DNA of 64,000 nucleotides from Candidatus Kapaibacterium sp. (GCA_963665665.1 OY762428.1:3008001-3072000), one strand, 5' to 3'. Shown: positions 10,739-21,716, numbered from the stretch's first letter. The notes: generated by a model from the sequence alone, not told the origin. Translations and numbers: made by a program.

Positions 10739-11467
10739 TTATATCGAAGTTTCGTAACCGGCATCTTTCATTTTCTGGTCACGCGCTTCTTTAATAAGAA
10801 CTTCTGCAATGTGCCTGTCCATGGGTGTTGTAATTTTCAGGTTATTATCATCGCCGTCAATTACCTGTACTTTATAGCTCATGAATTCTACAAGTGATGC
10901 ACTGTCAGTACCGATAAATCCTGCTTTGGTTGCATTCACATAAGCATTGTAAATAAGTTCCTGCCAGAATCCCTGCGGAGTTTGTACCATTTTCAGGTAT
11001 TCGCGGCGCATTGTTTTTAGAACAGTACCCTGCTTTGTAACTTCCTTGATAGTTTCCTTTGGAGATAGTGCCGGAATAACGGCTCCGAATTCTTCTGTTT
11101 GTTCAATGATTTTCTTTACGAGTGCCGGAGTGGCAAGAGGCCTGACAGCATCGTGTATAAGAACGATATCGGATGATTCTGCCGAGGCTGTTTCCAGGCC
11201 GTTTAGTACTGAGTGCTGCCTTGTTTCGCCGCCTTCAATTATTTCCCTGACTTTTGTAAGCTTGTACTTAATTGCCATTTCCCGCATTTTATTAATGTAT
11301 TCCTCATGAACCGGCAAAACAACATGTTCCACTTCAGGGCACATTTCAAATATCCTGATAGTATGAACAATTACTGGAGCGCCGTCAATTTCGATGAACT
11401 GTTTGGGAATGTCTGCCCCAAACCTGCTGCCGACGCCTGCTGCCGGTATTATCACACTTGTTTTCAT
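10739..11467 (-). CDS. ispD: 2-C-methyl-D-erythritol 4-phosphate cytidylyltransferase
   Basis: PAAGVGSRFG..PKQF, GGETRQHSV, IHDAVRP, QTPQGF and NLKITTP motifs. Confidence 0.95.
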   Translation of the reverse strand: MKTSVIIPAAGVGSRFGADIPKQFIEIDGAPVIVHTIRIFEMCPEVEHVVLPVHEEYINKMREMAIKYKLTKVREIIEGGETRQHSVLNGLETASAESSDIVLIHDAVRPLATPALVKKIIEQTEEFGAVIPALSPKETIKEVTKQGTVLKTMRREYLKMVQTPQGFWQELIYNAYVNATKAGFIGTDSASLVEFMSYKVQVIDGDDNNLKITTPMDRHIAEVLIKEARDQKMKDAGYETSI

Positions 11468-11483
11468 TTTTCTCCTTTACAAA

Positions 11484-12794
11484 TCATGGTTGATATTTAT
11501 ATTTTTCCGTTACTGTCATTGGCCTTGCCAGCCTGAAATCCCCGAATCCGGTATTGTCCACGAAAATAAATTCCCTGTTTTGCTGGTAAATCCATTTTTC
11601 ATAAGTTCTTCCGTCTCCGTATCCTGAATATCTCTCGCTTTGCAATGGTTTTCCGAATATTACAAAAACCATTCCCTTATCTGTCATCCATCCTTCCGTG
11701 TAAGCTTTAAAGCTGTTATTAGCATATTCAATCCTGGAATAAAACTGCTCGAAAGCTTCGTTCTTTTCCGTACCGGGGCTTGGATCAAGTTTTTTCCAAA
11801 AAGATTCGAACCTGGATTGCTTTTCATCTATGTCAGCGGCTTCTTCAATAAAGTCAATATCATCGCTGTATGCAACATAGCGCAATTGTTTAATAGCTTT
11901 TTCCAGGTCGTTCATAACCATTAAGCCAACTGTTCTTATAACTTTAATCGACCGTCTGGCAACTGCCGCCGCAATTAGGGAGTCAGGGTTTAAAGTATCG
12001 CTTCTGCGATAAGCAGTCAGCTGCAGGGTATAAGCTCCCATTTTTAATTTATTTGTATTTTCAATCCTGACAAATTCCCTGTTTACCCCTTTTTCCAGAT
12101 TGAAAGGCTTGCTTTCTCCTTCCTGAATTATCATATCATCGGTGTTTAGTATCTGGTATTTTATTTCAATATTTTCTGCCTGCATGCGGTTATACACTTC
12201 AAAGAAGGCAAAGAATCCGCTTTCCAGGTCTCCAATATTATCATTGGGATGTGGGGTGATTACATATCTGTCATTTTTCTTTTCGATGGAACTTACAATC
12301 AGGATGCCGCTCATTGACAGATCATAAACATCAAAATCCAAAACAGAAATGGTGCGGGAACGGCTGTAGTCTTTTCCGGCACTAAGGTCGCTCATTTCAC
12401 ATTTTATTTTGTAAGTACCAACAGGCAGCTCAAAAATTGTTTGTGAATAATCAAACTCGGCATTTCCACCCTGGCTTTTGTCATAACTGTCGAGTTTCAT
12501 TCCTCCCTTAATATGCTTTGAATCAACAATGGAACCGTCATCATTGAAAACAGCAATGTTCATATCATATCTTGCACCGTATATATTGCCAGATTTGACA
12601 AAACGAAGTGATTTTGCGGGCACAATAGTATAAACGTCCACCCTGGCCTTGCCGGGTTCTTCCGAATCAAACACCACTGCATCGAAAAAAAATGCCCGGA
12701 CATCTTTTTGTTTAAGATTGTCCCGGGCAATTATATCGTTTGCCGTGGTAAAAAGTAATGCTATTATTAGTAATTTAACTTTCAGTTTATCCAT
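11484..12794 (-). CDS. GWxTD domain-containing protein
   Basis: FWKKLDPSPGTEKNE...RIEYAN...GWMTDKGMVFVIFGKP; signal peptide. Confidence 0.9.
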   Translation of the reverse strand: MDKLKVKLLIIALLFTTANDIIARDNLKQKDVRAFFFDAVVFDSEEPGKARVDVYTIVPAKSLRFVKSGNIYGARYDMNIAVFNDDGSIVDSKHIKGGMKLDSYDKSQGGNAEFDYSQTIFELPVGTYKIKCEMSDLSAGKDYSRSRTISVLDFDVYDLSMSGILIVSSIEKKNDRYVITPHPNDNIGDLESGFFAFFEVYNRMQAENIEIKYQILNTDDMIIQEGESKPFNLEKGVNREFVRIENTNKLKMGAYTLQLTAYRRSDTLNPDSLIAAAVARRSIKVIRTVGLMVMNDLEKAIKQLRYVAYSDDIDFIEEAADIDEKQSRFESFWKKLDPSPGTEKNEAFEQFYSRIEYANNSFKAYTEGWMTDKGMVFVIFGKPLQSERYSGYGDGRTYEKWIYQQNREFIFVDNTGFGDFRLARPMTVTEKYKYQP

Positions 12795-12889
12795 CTGTTT
12801 TCCGTTTTTGCATTTACGAAACCTGTAAAATTAACAATACTCTGTTAATTATCTGTTATTTTGACGCATTTTTTTTCAAATTGTTGAAA

Positions 12890-13618
12890 TTAATTTTTAA
12901 AAACAGAATAAATCACCAATCCGCTCATTAATTCTTTAATATCATCTCTAAGTTTTTTTATATCATTCTTTCTTGTGAAAACAGAAGCCTGAATTGTTCC
13001 GAAATATCCTGAAACATAATAATTGACATATACCATCGGCCCTGATTTTAAGGTGGCTTCCATTTCTACGGCAAGCATTTTTATTCCGTTTACCCATATT
13101 TCTTCTTCTTTGGTAAATTTGGTATCCGGGGCTGCCATTTTGTAATTTTCCAGAGCCTGGTTCTTCAGGCTGTCCAGGGATATTCTGTTTTTATTAAAAA
13201 TTGTCAGGCCGAAAGCTGATTTGGCTTTATTTAAAAATTTCAGGTCAACCTCGGGATTAGGGCTTTGCCCGTCATTTACATCCCATTTGTCAAGGTTTAT
13301 CCATAATCCGTAGGGGCCTTTTTTACTTTCCAGCAGGAAATCAGAACTTGCCGGTTTGGAAACAATAGTAGCAGTGCTGTCTGTCGGGGTAAAATATCCC
13401 CATGTGCTATCCGGATACAGGATAAGCATTTCTCCGGACTTCAGAAGAACAGTGTCGGCTTCAGGAATTACCGACCATGTGTTGTCGGTTCTTAAAAGTG
13501 CTTTTTTGCCGTTTTTAAGTGGTATTATTCTTTCCTGCGATATTGTTCCCGAAGTGATTAAGAAAAGGCTGAAAATCAAAACCAAGATTGTTTTATTCAA
13601 ATTTAAAGTTTGTATCAT
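12890..13618 (-). CDS. Secreted hypothetical protein (N-terminal G-K-x-x-L-L-x-x-D-x-T-W repeats, DUF3157-like)
   Basis: Hydrophobic signal; two NGKKALLRTDNTW / SGEMLILYPDSTW repeats. Start codon uncertain. Confidence 0.6.
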   Translation of the reverse strand: MIQTLNLNKTILVLIFSLFLITSGTISQERIIPLKNGKKALLRTDNTWSVIPEADTVLLKSGEMLILYPDSTWGYFTPTDSTATIVSKPASSDFLLESKKGPYGLWINLDKWDVNDGQSPNPEVDLKFLNKAKSAFGLTIFNKNRISLDSLKNQALENYKMAAPDTKFTKEEEIWVNGIKMLAVEMEATLKSGPMVYVNYYVSGYFGTIQASVFTRKNDIKKLRDDIKELMSGLVIYSVFKN

Positions 13619-13833
13619 AATGATTTCATGATGGAAATTTAACAACACGAATTTTGCAATTTAATTTATTTTTTTGGTTTTTCCTTTTCTTCTCTATATT
13701 TTATTGCATATTTGCATTTAAAGCCATATTTTTGGCTGGCAAAGTGAACAAACCGCTACGAACAAATATTATCGCTCGGCAATATAGATTTTAACTCTTT
13801 AACATATATTTTAATTATCCCCGAGGTGTAATT

Positions 13834-16101
13834 ATGATCTTTGATCTTGATATGATTAAAGCCCACTACGCGAATTTTGCCGACAAAGTGAATAAAGCAC
13901 GCGACGTGGTTGGCAGGCCGATGACGCTTGCCGAGAAAATTCTTTATGCTCATTTATTCGATCAGAATGAATTAAAAAGCTTCAAAAGAGGCGAAGACTA
14001 TGTTAACTTTCACCCGGACAGGGTAGCGATGCAGGATGCAACCGCGCAGATGGCGCTCCTGCAATTTATGCAGGCTGGCAGGCCCCGGGCTGCAGTACCT
14101 TCCACAGTGCATTGCGACCACCTGATACAGGCTAAGGTTGGAGCTGAAACCGACCTGGCAGTAGCAAAAGATACAAATAAGGAAGTATATGATTTCCTCT
14201 CATCAGTATCAAATAAATATGGTATCGGATTCTGGAAACCCGGCGCAGGTATTATCCACCAGGTAGTGCTCGAAAACTATGCTTTCCCCGGCGGAATGAT
14301 GATCGGCACAGATTCGCACACTGTTAATGCCGGCGGCCTGGGAATGGTGGCAATCGGCGTTGGCGGAGCAGATGCTGTTGACGTAATGGCAGGTATGCCC
14401 TGGGAATTGAAATTCCCCAAACTTATCGGCGTGAAACTTACCGGTAAGATGAGCGGCTGGACTTCTGCAAAGGACGTTATACTTAAAGTTGCAGGAATCC
14501 TAACCGTTAAAGGCGGTACCGGAGCAATTGTAGAATATTTCGGGCCGGGAGCTGAATCAATTTCCTGTACGGGCAAAGGTACAATATGCAATATGGGCGC
14601 CGAAATCGGAGCTACAACCTCTACATTTGGTTTTGATGACAAGATGTATGATTATCTTGCTGCAACAGGCCGAAAAGAAGTTGCCGATATGGCGAGGGAA
14701 ATCGGCTCGTATCTTACAGGCGACGATGAAGTTTATGCTCATCCGGATGATTATTTCGATGAATTGATCGAGATAAACCTTTCTGAACTTGAGCCTCATA
14801 TCAATGGGCCGTTTACACCCGACCTTGCTACTCCGATATCAAAATTTGCAGAAGCAGTAAAAGAAAATGACTGGCCGGAAAAACTTGAAGTAGGGCTAAT
14901 CGGTTCCTGTACTAACTCATCCTACGAGGATATTTCTCGTGCTGCCTCGCTTGCACAGCAGGCAGTAGATAAAAACCTGAAAGTAAAATCAGAATATACT
15001 ATCACTCCGGGTTCCGAACTGGTTCGCTACACAATCGAACGCGACGGATTTATAAATATATTTGAAAAAATTGGCGGAGTGGTTCTGGCAAATGCCTGCG
15101 GCCCCTGCATTGGACAATGGGCAAGGCATGGCGCCGATAAAAAAGAAAAAAATGCAATTATAACATCATTCAACAGGAACTTTGCCAAGAGAAATGACGG
15201 CAACCCGAATACACACGGATTCGTGGCTTCGCCCGAAATGGTTACTGCCATGGCAATAAGCGGTAGTATGCTGTTTAATCCCATGACTGATAAACTAATG
15301 AATGAAAACGGCGAAGAAGTTATGCTGGACGAGCCGACAGGCGAAGAACTCCCCGCAAAGGGATTCGATGTTGAAGATCCGGGATACCAGGCTCCTGCAG
15401 ATGACGGCAGTGGTATTGAAGTTGTTGTTAGTCCGGAATCCGAGCGTCTTCAGATTCTTACTCCGTTTGCCCCATGGGACGGAAAGGACTATACCGGCCT
15501 GAAACTATTGATTAAAGCTTTCGGAAAATGCACAACTGACCATATTTCAATGGCCGGCCCCTGGCTAAGGTTCCGCGGCCATCTGGATAATATTTCCAAT
15601 AATATGCTTACCGGTGCTGTTAATGCATTCAACAAGGAAACAAACAAGGTTAAAAACCAGCTTTCCGGCGGGTACGGTGGTGTTCCTGATGTACAGAGGG
15701 AATATAAAGCTGATGGTATTGCATCCATAGTTGTTGGCGATGAAAACTACGGCGAGGGTTCCTCACGTGAGCATGCCGCCATGGAACCAAGGCATCTTGG
15801 GGTGAAAGTTGTTCTGGTGAAATCATTTGCAAGAATTCACGAAACAAACCTTAAAAAACAGGGTATGCTTGGAATTACTTTCGAAAACAAGGACGATTAT
15901 GATAAAATCCTCGAAGACGATACTATTGATATTAAAGGCCTTGCAGAATTTGCTCCGGGTAAACAGTTAACTGTTGTGCTTCATCATAAGGATGGCAGCG
16001 TGGAGGAATTCCAGGTTAACCATACATATAACCAGTACCAGATAGAATGGTTTAAAGCAGGTTCGGCGCTGAATCTTATTCGTAAGCAATTCGGCGGCTG
16101 A
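13834..16101 (+). CDS. acnA: Aconitate hydratase (mitochondrial-type)
   Basis: [46 protein letters not shown] and GSSREHAA motifs. Confidence 0.96.
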   Translation: MIFDLDMIKAHYANFADKVNKARDVVGRPMTLAEKILYAHLFDQNELKSFKRGEDYVNFHPDRVAMQDATAQMALLQFMQAGRPRAAVPSTVHCDHLIQAKVGAETDLAVAKDTNKEVYDFLSSVSNKYGIGFWKPGAGIIHQVVLENYAFPGGMMIGTDSHTVNAGGLGMVAIGVGGADAVDVMAGMPWELKFPKLIGVKLTGKMSGWTSAKDVILKVAGILTVKGGTGAIVEYFGPGAESISCTGKGTICNMGAEIGATTSTFGFDDKMYDYLAATGRKEVADMAREIGSYLTGDDEVYAHPDDYFDELIEINLSELEPHINGPFTPDLATPISKFAEAVKENDWPEKLEVGLIGSCTNSSYEDISRAASLAQQAVDKNLKVKSEYTITPGSELVRYTIERDGFINIFEKIGGVVLANACGPCIGQWARHGADKKEKNAIITSFNRNFAKRNDGNPNTHGFVASPEMVTAMAISGSMLFNPMTDKLMNENGEEVMLDEPTGEELPAKGFDVEDPGYQAPADDGSGIEVVVSPESERLQILTPFAPWDGKDYTGLKLLIKAFGKCTTDHISMAGPWLRFRGHLDNISNNMLTGAVNAFNKETNKVKNQLSGGYGGVPDVQREYKADGIASIVVGDENYGEGSSREHAAMEPRHLGVKVVLVKSFARIHETNLKKQGMLGITFENKDDYDKILEDDTIDIKGLAEFAPGKQLTVVLHHKDGSVEEFQVNHTYNQYQIEWFKAGSALNLIRKQFGG

Positions 16102-16130
16102 TTCTCAAAACAGTTCTAATATATAATTAC

Positions 16131-16165
16131 ATCGTCCGGTGATCTTATTTCGCCGGACGATTTTT
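16131..16165 (+). terminator. Rho-independent terminator
   Basis: atcgtccggtga...tcgccggacgat followed by a T-run after aconitase. Confidence 0.8.
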
Positions 16166-16319
16166 GTTTGTTAATTTCTGTTGAAATTAAATGATGTTAC
16201 AGGAATAAGATATCATTACTCTGAAAAAACATTATGAGAATAATGGCGTAAATTAACATGTCGGATTTATTAATAATTGTTACTGTATCAATAAATCTGA
16301 ACAATAAAATATTATCATG

Positions 16320-17815
16320 CCTGACCTCCCCAAACCCCTCTCCTTCGGGGAAGTTGCCACACCTCGTGTGTTTGGGAGGTGTCAGAAGCTAAGCACCAAT
16401 GTTCGAAGATATTTCCGCCCTGGTCGGAAGCAAAGAAAGAAAACCACCCCTGTATTCCCCTCCTCCGCGAGGAGGGGATAAGAAGTTAAATATCATAGAA
16501 TTAACTCCTCATCCTTCCGAAGGAGGTGGCCGGGGGGAGGTAGGAAGGTTCGGAAGCAAAGCACCAATGTTCGAACCTATTGCAGCCTTATTCTTCTTCA
16601 AAGCCCGCCCCTTCGGGGAGGGTTTGGGAGGGGTCAGGAATATTGCAGCAATGTTTTGCTTTATTGCTGCCTTGTTCGGAGTCATTGCCGCCCTGGTCGG
16701 AAGCAAAGCAAGAAAACCACCCCTATATTCCCCTCCTACTTTAGGAGGGGATAAGAAGTTAAATATCATAGAATTAACTCCTCATCCTTCCGAAGGAGGT
16801 GGCCGGGGGGAGGTAGGAAGGTTCGGAAGCAAAGCACCAATGTTCGAACCTATTGCAGCCTTATTCTTCTTCAAAGCCCGCCCCTTCGGGGAGGGTTTGG
16901 GAGGGGTCAGGAATATTGCAGCAATGTTTTGCTTTATTGCTGCCTTGGTCGGAGTCATTGCCGCCTTGTTCCGAAGCAAAGCAAGAAAACCACCCCTATA
17001 TTCCCCTCCTACTTTAGGAGGGGATAAGAAGTTAAATATCATAGAATTAACTCCTCATCCTTCCGAAGGAGGTGGCCGGGGGGAGGTAGGAAGGTTCGGA
17101 AGCAAAGCACCAATGTTCGAACCTATTGCAGCCTTATTCTTCTTCAAAGCCCGCCCCTTCGGGGAGGGTTTGGGAGGGGTCAGGAATATTGCAGCAATGT
17201 TTTGCTTTATTGCTGCCTTGGTCGGAGTCATTTCCGCCTTGTTCCGAAGCAAAGCAAGAAAACCACCCCTGTATTCCCCTCCTCTGCGAGGAGGGGATAA
17301 GAAGTTAAATATCATAGAATTAACTCCCCCTTCTTCCGAAGGATGTGCCCGGGGGGAGGTAGGAAGGTTCGGAAGCAAAGCACCAAAGTTTGATGATATT
17401 GCCGCCCTGGTCGGAAGCAAAGCAAGAAAACCACCCCTGTATTCCCCTCCTCCGCGAGGAGAGGATAAGAAGTTAAATATCATAGAATTAACTCCCCCTC
17501 CTTCCGAAGGAGGGGGGCGGGGGGAGGTAGGAAGAGTCTATGGTAATGCACCGATGTTCGAACCCATTGCCTCCTTATTTTCCATCAAAGCCCTCTCCTT
17601 CGGGGAGGGTTTGGGAGGGGTCAGAGTCATTGACGCCTTGGTCGGAGTCATTGCCGCCTTGTTCCGAAGCAAAGCAAGAAAACCACCCCTATATTCCCCT
17701 CCTACTTTAGGAGGGGATAAGAAGTTAAATATCATAGAATTAACTCCCCCTCCTTCCGAAGGATGTGCCCGGGGTGAAGTAGGAAGGGTCGAAAGCAAAG
17801 AACAAATGTTCTAAG
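16320..17815. repeat. Higher-order tandem repeat of GC-rich palindromic (REP-like) modules; periods 273, 273, 273, 168 and 252 bp
   Basis: Marker gataagaagttaaatatcatagaattaactcc at 16477, 16750, 17023, 17296, 17464 and 17716; hairpins cccctcct..aggagggg, ccttccgaagg and cccttcgggg. Confidence 0.93.
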
Positions 17816-18176
17816 TCATTGCCGCCTTGTTTGAAGATAATGAACTCTTGGTCGACACTATTGCAGCAATGTTTTGCTTTATTGATGCCTTGTTCGAAGC
17901 TATTGCAGCAATGTTTTGCTTTATTGCTGCCTTGGTTGAAGATAATGAACTCTTGGTTGAAGCTATTGCAGCAATGTTTTGCTTTATTGCTGTCTTGGTC
18001 GGAGTCATTGACGCCTTGTTCGGAGTTATTGCTGCCTTGTTCAGAGTCATTGCTGCCTTGTTCAGAGTTATTGCTGCCTTGTTCGGAGTTATTGCTGCCT
18101 TGTTCAGAGTCATTGCTGCCTTGTTCAGAGTTATTGCTGCCTTGTTCGGAGTTATTGCTGCCTTGTTTGAAGATAA
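17815..18176. repeat. 21-bp tandem array A (consensus tgccttgttcrgagtyattgc)
   Basis: About 8 near-identical units at 17991-18158, preceded by variant 21-mers. Confidence 0.92.
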
Positions 18177-18183
18177 TGAGTAA

Positions 18184-18490
18184 CCTCAATAAGGTCAAAC
18201 AAGTCCTCAATAAGGCTAAACAAGTCCTCAGTAAGGCTAAACAAGTCCTCAGTAAAGTCAAACAAGTCCTCAGTAAAGTCAAACAAGTCCTCAGTAAAGT
18301 CAAACAAGTCCTCAATAAAGTCAAACAAGACCTCAGTAAGGCCAAACAAGACCTCAGTAAGGCCAAACAAGACCTCAATAAGGTCAAACAAGACCTCAGT
18401 AAGGCCAAACAAGACCTCAATAAGGTCAAACAAGACCTCAGTAAGGCCAAACAAGACCTCAATAAGGCTAAACAAGTCCTCAATGAAGCC
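18184..18490. repeat. 21-bp tandem array B (consensus cctcartaargycaaacaagw)
   Basis: 14 full units at 18184-18477 plus a degenerate tail. Confidence 0.95.
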
Positions 18491-18719
18491 AAATTTCACT
18501 ACATTAAGGCCAAACAGTAGTTCAATACCACCGGCCAGGGCAGTTTAAAGCTTTACCAATAAAGCAATTAGCCCAAACATTTGGATTCTGGTTCAAAACA
18601 GCGTTGAAGTAAGGGAATTATCCGGTTCATTGAAACCACAGGATAGGGAATTAAGTCCGGCGGCCTGTTCATTTGGGTGGAAGAACGGGTAAACTGAGCA
18701 AAAGAATGAGGTGTTATGT

Positions 18720-19585
18720 TGTCATTCCCCGACACGTCACCGAAAAATCGGTGCAGGCAGGGGCAGGCTTCCGGAGCTTGCGACTGAAGAATCCATCTTT
18801 CTTGCGGATAATTTATGAAGAATGGATCCTTCGCTTCGCTCAGGATGACATGCAGTTTTACCATCGTCAAGTTCAATAGCCACGTGCTTTAGCTCGTGGA
18901 TAAAGATGCAAGGTGCGGAGGCAAAGAAAAAGAATCCACCCCGACTCGCTGCGCTTGCCACCCCTCAACTGGAGGGGAATTATTTAAGAATCCACCCCGC
19001 CCTTCGGGGAACAGTGAGCTAATGTCCCCCTCAACGAGGGGGTGGCCGTTAGGCCGGGGGAGGATTCTTCGATTTGTAATTATTAGTTTATCAATTAGGA
19101 AGTCCACCCCCGTCCTTCGGACACCCCCGCCAGCGGGGGACATTCCCATCCGTCATTCTGAATGAGCTTGCGACTGAAGAATCCATCTTCGTTTGCAGAT
19201 AGTGTGTGAAGAATCCACCCCTGCCTGTCCCGACGTGTCGGGAACTCGCTGCACTCGCCACCCCTCAACGAGGGGAATTTTAAGAATCCACCCCCGCCCT
19301 TCGGGCACTCGTCCTAAATTAGGAGGGGATAAGAAATTAAATATCATAGAATTAACTCCTCATCCTTCCAAAGGAGGTGGCCGGGGGGAGGTAGGAAGGG
19401 TCGGAAGCAAAGCACCGATGTTCTAAGTCATTGCCGACTTATTCTTCTTCAAAGCCATCCCCTTCGGGGAGGGTTTGGGAGGGGTCGAAAGCAATGCACT
19501 GATGTTTTAAGCCATTGCCGCCTTATTCTTCTTCAAAGCCCTCTCCTTTGGGGAAGTTGCCACACCGCGTGTGTTTGGGAGGGGT
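18720..19585. repeat. Mosaic of REP-like palindromic modules
   Basis: tgtcatt...gcgactgaagaatccat...atggatccttcgcttcgctcaggatgaca; repeated aatccacccc and cccctcaac.gaggggg modules; a further copy of the 273-bp-unit modules at about 19320-19585. Confidence 0.75.
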
Positions 19586-19655
19586 CGTCAACTGAATTGT
19601 AATAATCAATAACTGCGACTTTACAAATTACGTGGATTCCGGTTTCAAAAATCAT

Positions 19656-19690
19656 AAAAAAAGCCCCTTCAATATCAAATCAAAGGGGCT
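19656..19690 (-). terminator. Terminator of the cyclophilin operon
   Basis: On the minus strand, agcccctt...aaggggct followed by a T-run. Confidence 0.7.
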
Positions 19691-19711
19691 GGCTCGTAAT
19701 TAAATTTCTAA

Positions 19712-20227
19712 TTAATCATTTAGCTTGACAACTTTCATTTCAATTTTATCAAGTGGTCCGTCCATGCGGTCGCGCGGGGAGTTTACGATTTTATCAGCAA
19801 CATCCATACCTTCGGTTACCTGGCCGAAAACTGTATATTGCCTGTCCAAGTGCGGAGAGTCCTGAACCATAATAAAGAACTGAGAAGTAGCGCTGTTAAT
19901 ATCATTTCCTTTTCTTGCAGTTGAAAGGATGCCGCGTTTATGGGAAATGTCGCTGAATTCAGCAGGAACGGTTTTCTGGCCCGGGGCGCCCATGCCCCAT
20001 GTATTCCTGGGTTTATCTTTAGAATTCGGGTCGCCGCCCTGGATCATGAATCCGGGTATTACCCTGTGAAATGCTGTTCCGTCGTAGGAGCCTTCTTTAA
20101 CCAGGTTCTCAAAATTCGCGCAATGCTTAGGAGCAACATCCGGCCAGAGTTCCAAAATTATCTTACCCATTTCCTCACCATTCTGGCTTGCTGTCATTTC
20201 GTATTTCGGTTTATTTGTATTTTCCAT
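19712..20227 (-). CDS. Cyclophilin-type peptidyl-prolyl cis-trans isomerase (cytoplasmic)
   Basis: FHRVIPGFMIQGGD, SQFFI and HLDRQYTVFGQV motifs; no signal peptide. Confidence 0.95.
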   Translation of the reverse strand: MENTNKPKYEMTASQNGEEMGKIILELWPDVAPKHCANFENLVKEGSYDGTAFHRVIPGFMIQGGDPNSKDKPRNTWGMGAPGQKTVPAEFSDISHKRGILSTARKGNDINSATSQFFIMVQDSPHLDRQYTVFGQVTEGMDVADKIVNSPRDRMDGPLDKIEMKVVKLND

Positions 20228-20237
20228 TTATCTTCCG

Positions 20238-20870
20238 TTAATCATTTAATTTAACAATTTTCATTTCAATTTTATCAAGAGGACCGTTTTTCTTATCAAC
20301 TCGTGAGTTAACTACTTTATCAGCAACGTCCATTCCACTCAGCACATGTCCGAAAACAGTATATTGTCTGTCTAAGTGCGGGGAATCTTCAACCATAATA
20401 AAGAACTGCGAAGTTGCACTGTTTATGTCTCCGCCTTTCCTTGCAGTTGAAAGAATACCGCGTTTATGGGAAATATCGCTGAACTCAGCCGGTACTGTTT
20501 TCTGGCTCGGGTCACCCATTCCCCAGGTATTTCTTGGTTTATTTTTAGAGTTGGGGTCGCCTCCCTGAATCATAAACCCCGGTATTACCCTGTGGAATGC
20601 CGTACCATCGTAAAATCCAGTTTTAACAAGATTATCAAAGTTTGCGCAATGCTTTGGAGCTACATTCGGCCACAATTCCAGTACAATCTTTCCAAGTTCT
20701 TTTCCCTTTTGGGTAACAGTAATCTCATATTTCGGGTTTGTAGATTTTTCTATTGATTTTTCTGCTACTTTCTTTTCTTCCTTCTTTGTTGCTGTTTCTG
20801 TTGATGAGCAGGAAATCATTGTTATTGCCAGCAGCATTGCAAGCGCACTACCCATAAATTTCTTTAACAT
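20238..20870 (-). CDS. Cyclophilin-type PPIase, lipoprotein
   Basis: Same motifs; lipobox MISC; GGAGG RBS before the ATG at 20870. Confidence 0.93.
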   Translation of the reverse strand: MLKKFMGSALAMLLAITMISCSSTETATKKEEKKVAEKSIEKSTNPKYEITVTQKGKELGKIVLELWPNVAPKHCANFDNLVKTGFYDGTAFHRVIPGFMIQGGDPNSKNKPRNTWGMGDPSQKTVPAEFSDISHKRGILSTARKGGDINSATSQFFIMVEDSPHLDRQYTVFGHVLSGMDVADKVVNSRVDKKNGPLDKIEMKIVKLND

Positions 20871-20892
20871 ATTTGCCTCCAATTCTAATAAA

Positions 20893-21597
20893 TTATTTAA
20901 CAAGTTCTTTCACTTCCACAGAAAATATTTTTATCGGTTCTTTCGGACAACCGTCGTCATCGCCTCGATCTGACGGTTCTACGTCAACGGCTCCGATAGC
21001 CTCGACAACATCCATCCCGGATATAACGTTTCCGAATATCGTATATTTTGGTTTAAGCCTTTTGGCTTCTTTCATGCAGATAAAAAACTGGCTTGTATTG
21101 GTATTCGGCCCTGCATTTGCCATCCCCACAATACCCTCGCGATAGCCGTAACGGTAAATTACATTCGTAGAATCAATTTCATCCTCGAATTCACCGTCGT
21201 AAATACTTTCGCCGCCTTCGCCCCATTCTGATTTCATACTTTTAAACCGGGTGTTACCGTCGCCTGACTGAATTACAAAACCATGCGCCACACGATGAAA
21301 AAGAATACCGTTGAAATACATTCTTTTCGAAAGTTGCACAAAATTTTCAACAGTTCGGGGAGCCTGGTTTCCGAATAACCCAATAACAATTGTTCCCATG
21401 CTTGTCTTAATTTCTGCCTTGTGGGTATATTCCGGCAAATCATTTTTCGAAATACTATCAGATTTAACTTCCTGAGCTAAATTATTGATGGCAGAAATAT
21501 TATCGGCTTCTTTTTTACCTTCGGCCTTTGAGCCTTCAAGGCATGAACTAAGCATGATAAAACTTAAAACGAATAAAATTGTAAGTAAAGATTTCAT
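20893..21597 (-). CDS. Cyclophilin-type PPIase, lipoprotein
   Basis: FHRVAHGFVIQSGD, MANAGPNTNTSQFFI and YTIFGNV motifs; lipobox LSSC. Confidence 0.93.
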   Translation of the reverse strand: MKSLLTILFVLSFIMLSSCLEGSKAEGKKEADNISAINNLAQEVKSDSISKNDLPEYTHKAEIKTSMGTIVIGLFGNQAPRTVENFVQLSKRMYFNGILFHRVAHGFVIQSGDGNTRFKSMKSEWGEGGESIYDGEFEDEIDSTNVIYRYGYREGIVGMANAGPNTNTSQFFICMKEAKRLKPKYTIFGNVISGMDVVEAIGAVDVEPSDRGDDDGCPKEPIKIFSVEVKELVK

Positions 21598-21716
21598 TCA
21601 AATCCAAAATTGATTAATTTTACAATTCAGACAAATTAAAAGAATATAGTTAAAATATCAATTTTCATTTTAAATTTTTAAGAAATTAAATTAAATATTC
21701 AGCATAAGGAGATAAA

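Noticed and set aside
16320-17815. CRISPR array
   Set aside because: The sequences between recurring motifs are themselves near-identical rather than unique spacers, periods are 168-273 bp, and there are no cas genes in the window.
16399-19426. ORFs of 471, 250, 233 aa and others as real proteins
   Set aside because: Overlapping frames are open on both strands because the repeat periods are multiples of 3. No RBS or domain is evident, so they were not called as CDS, though translation cannot be excluded.
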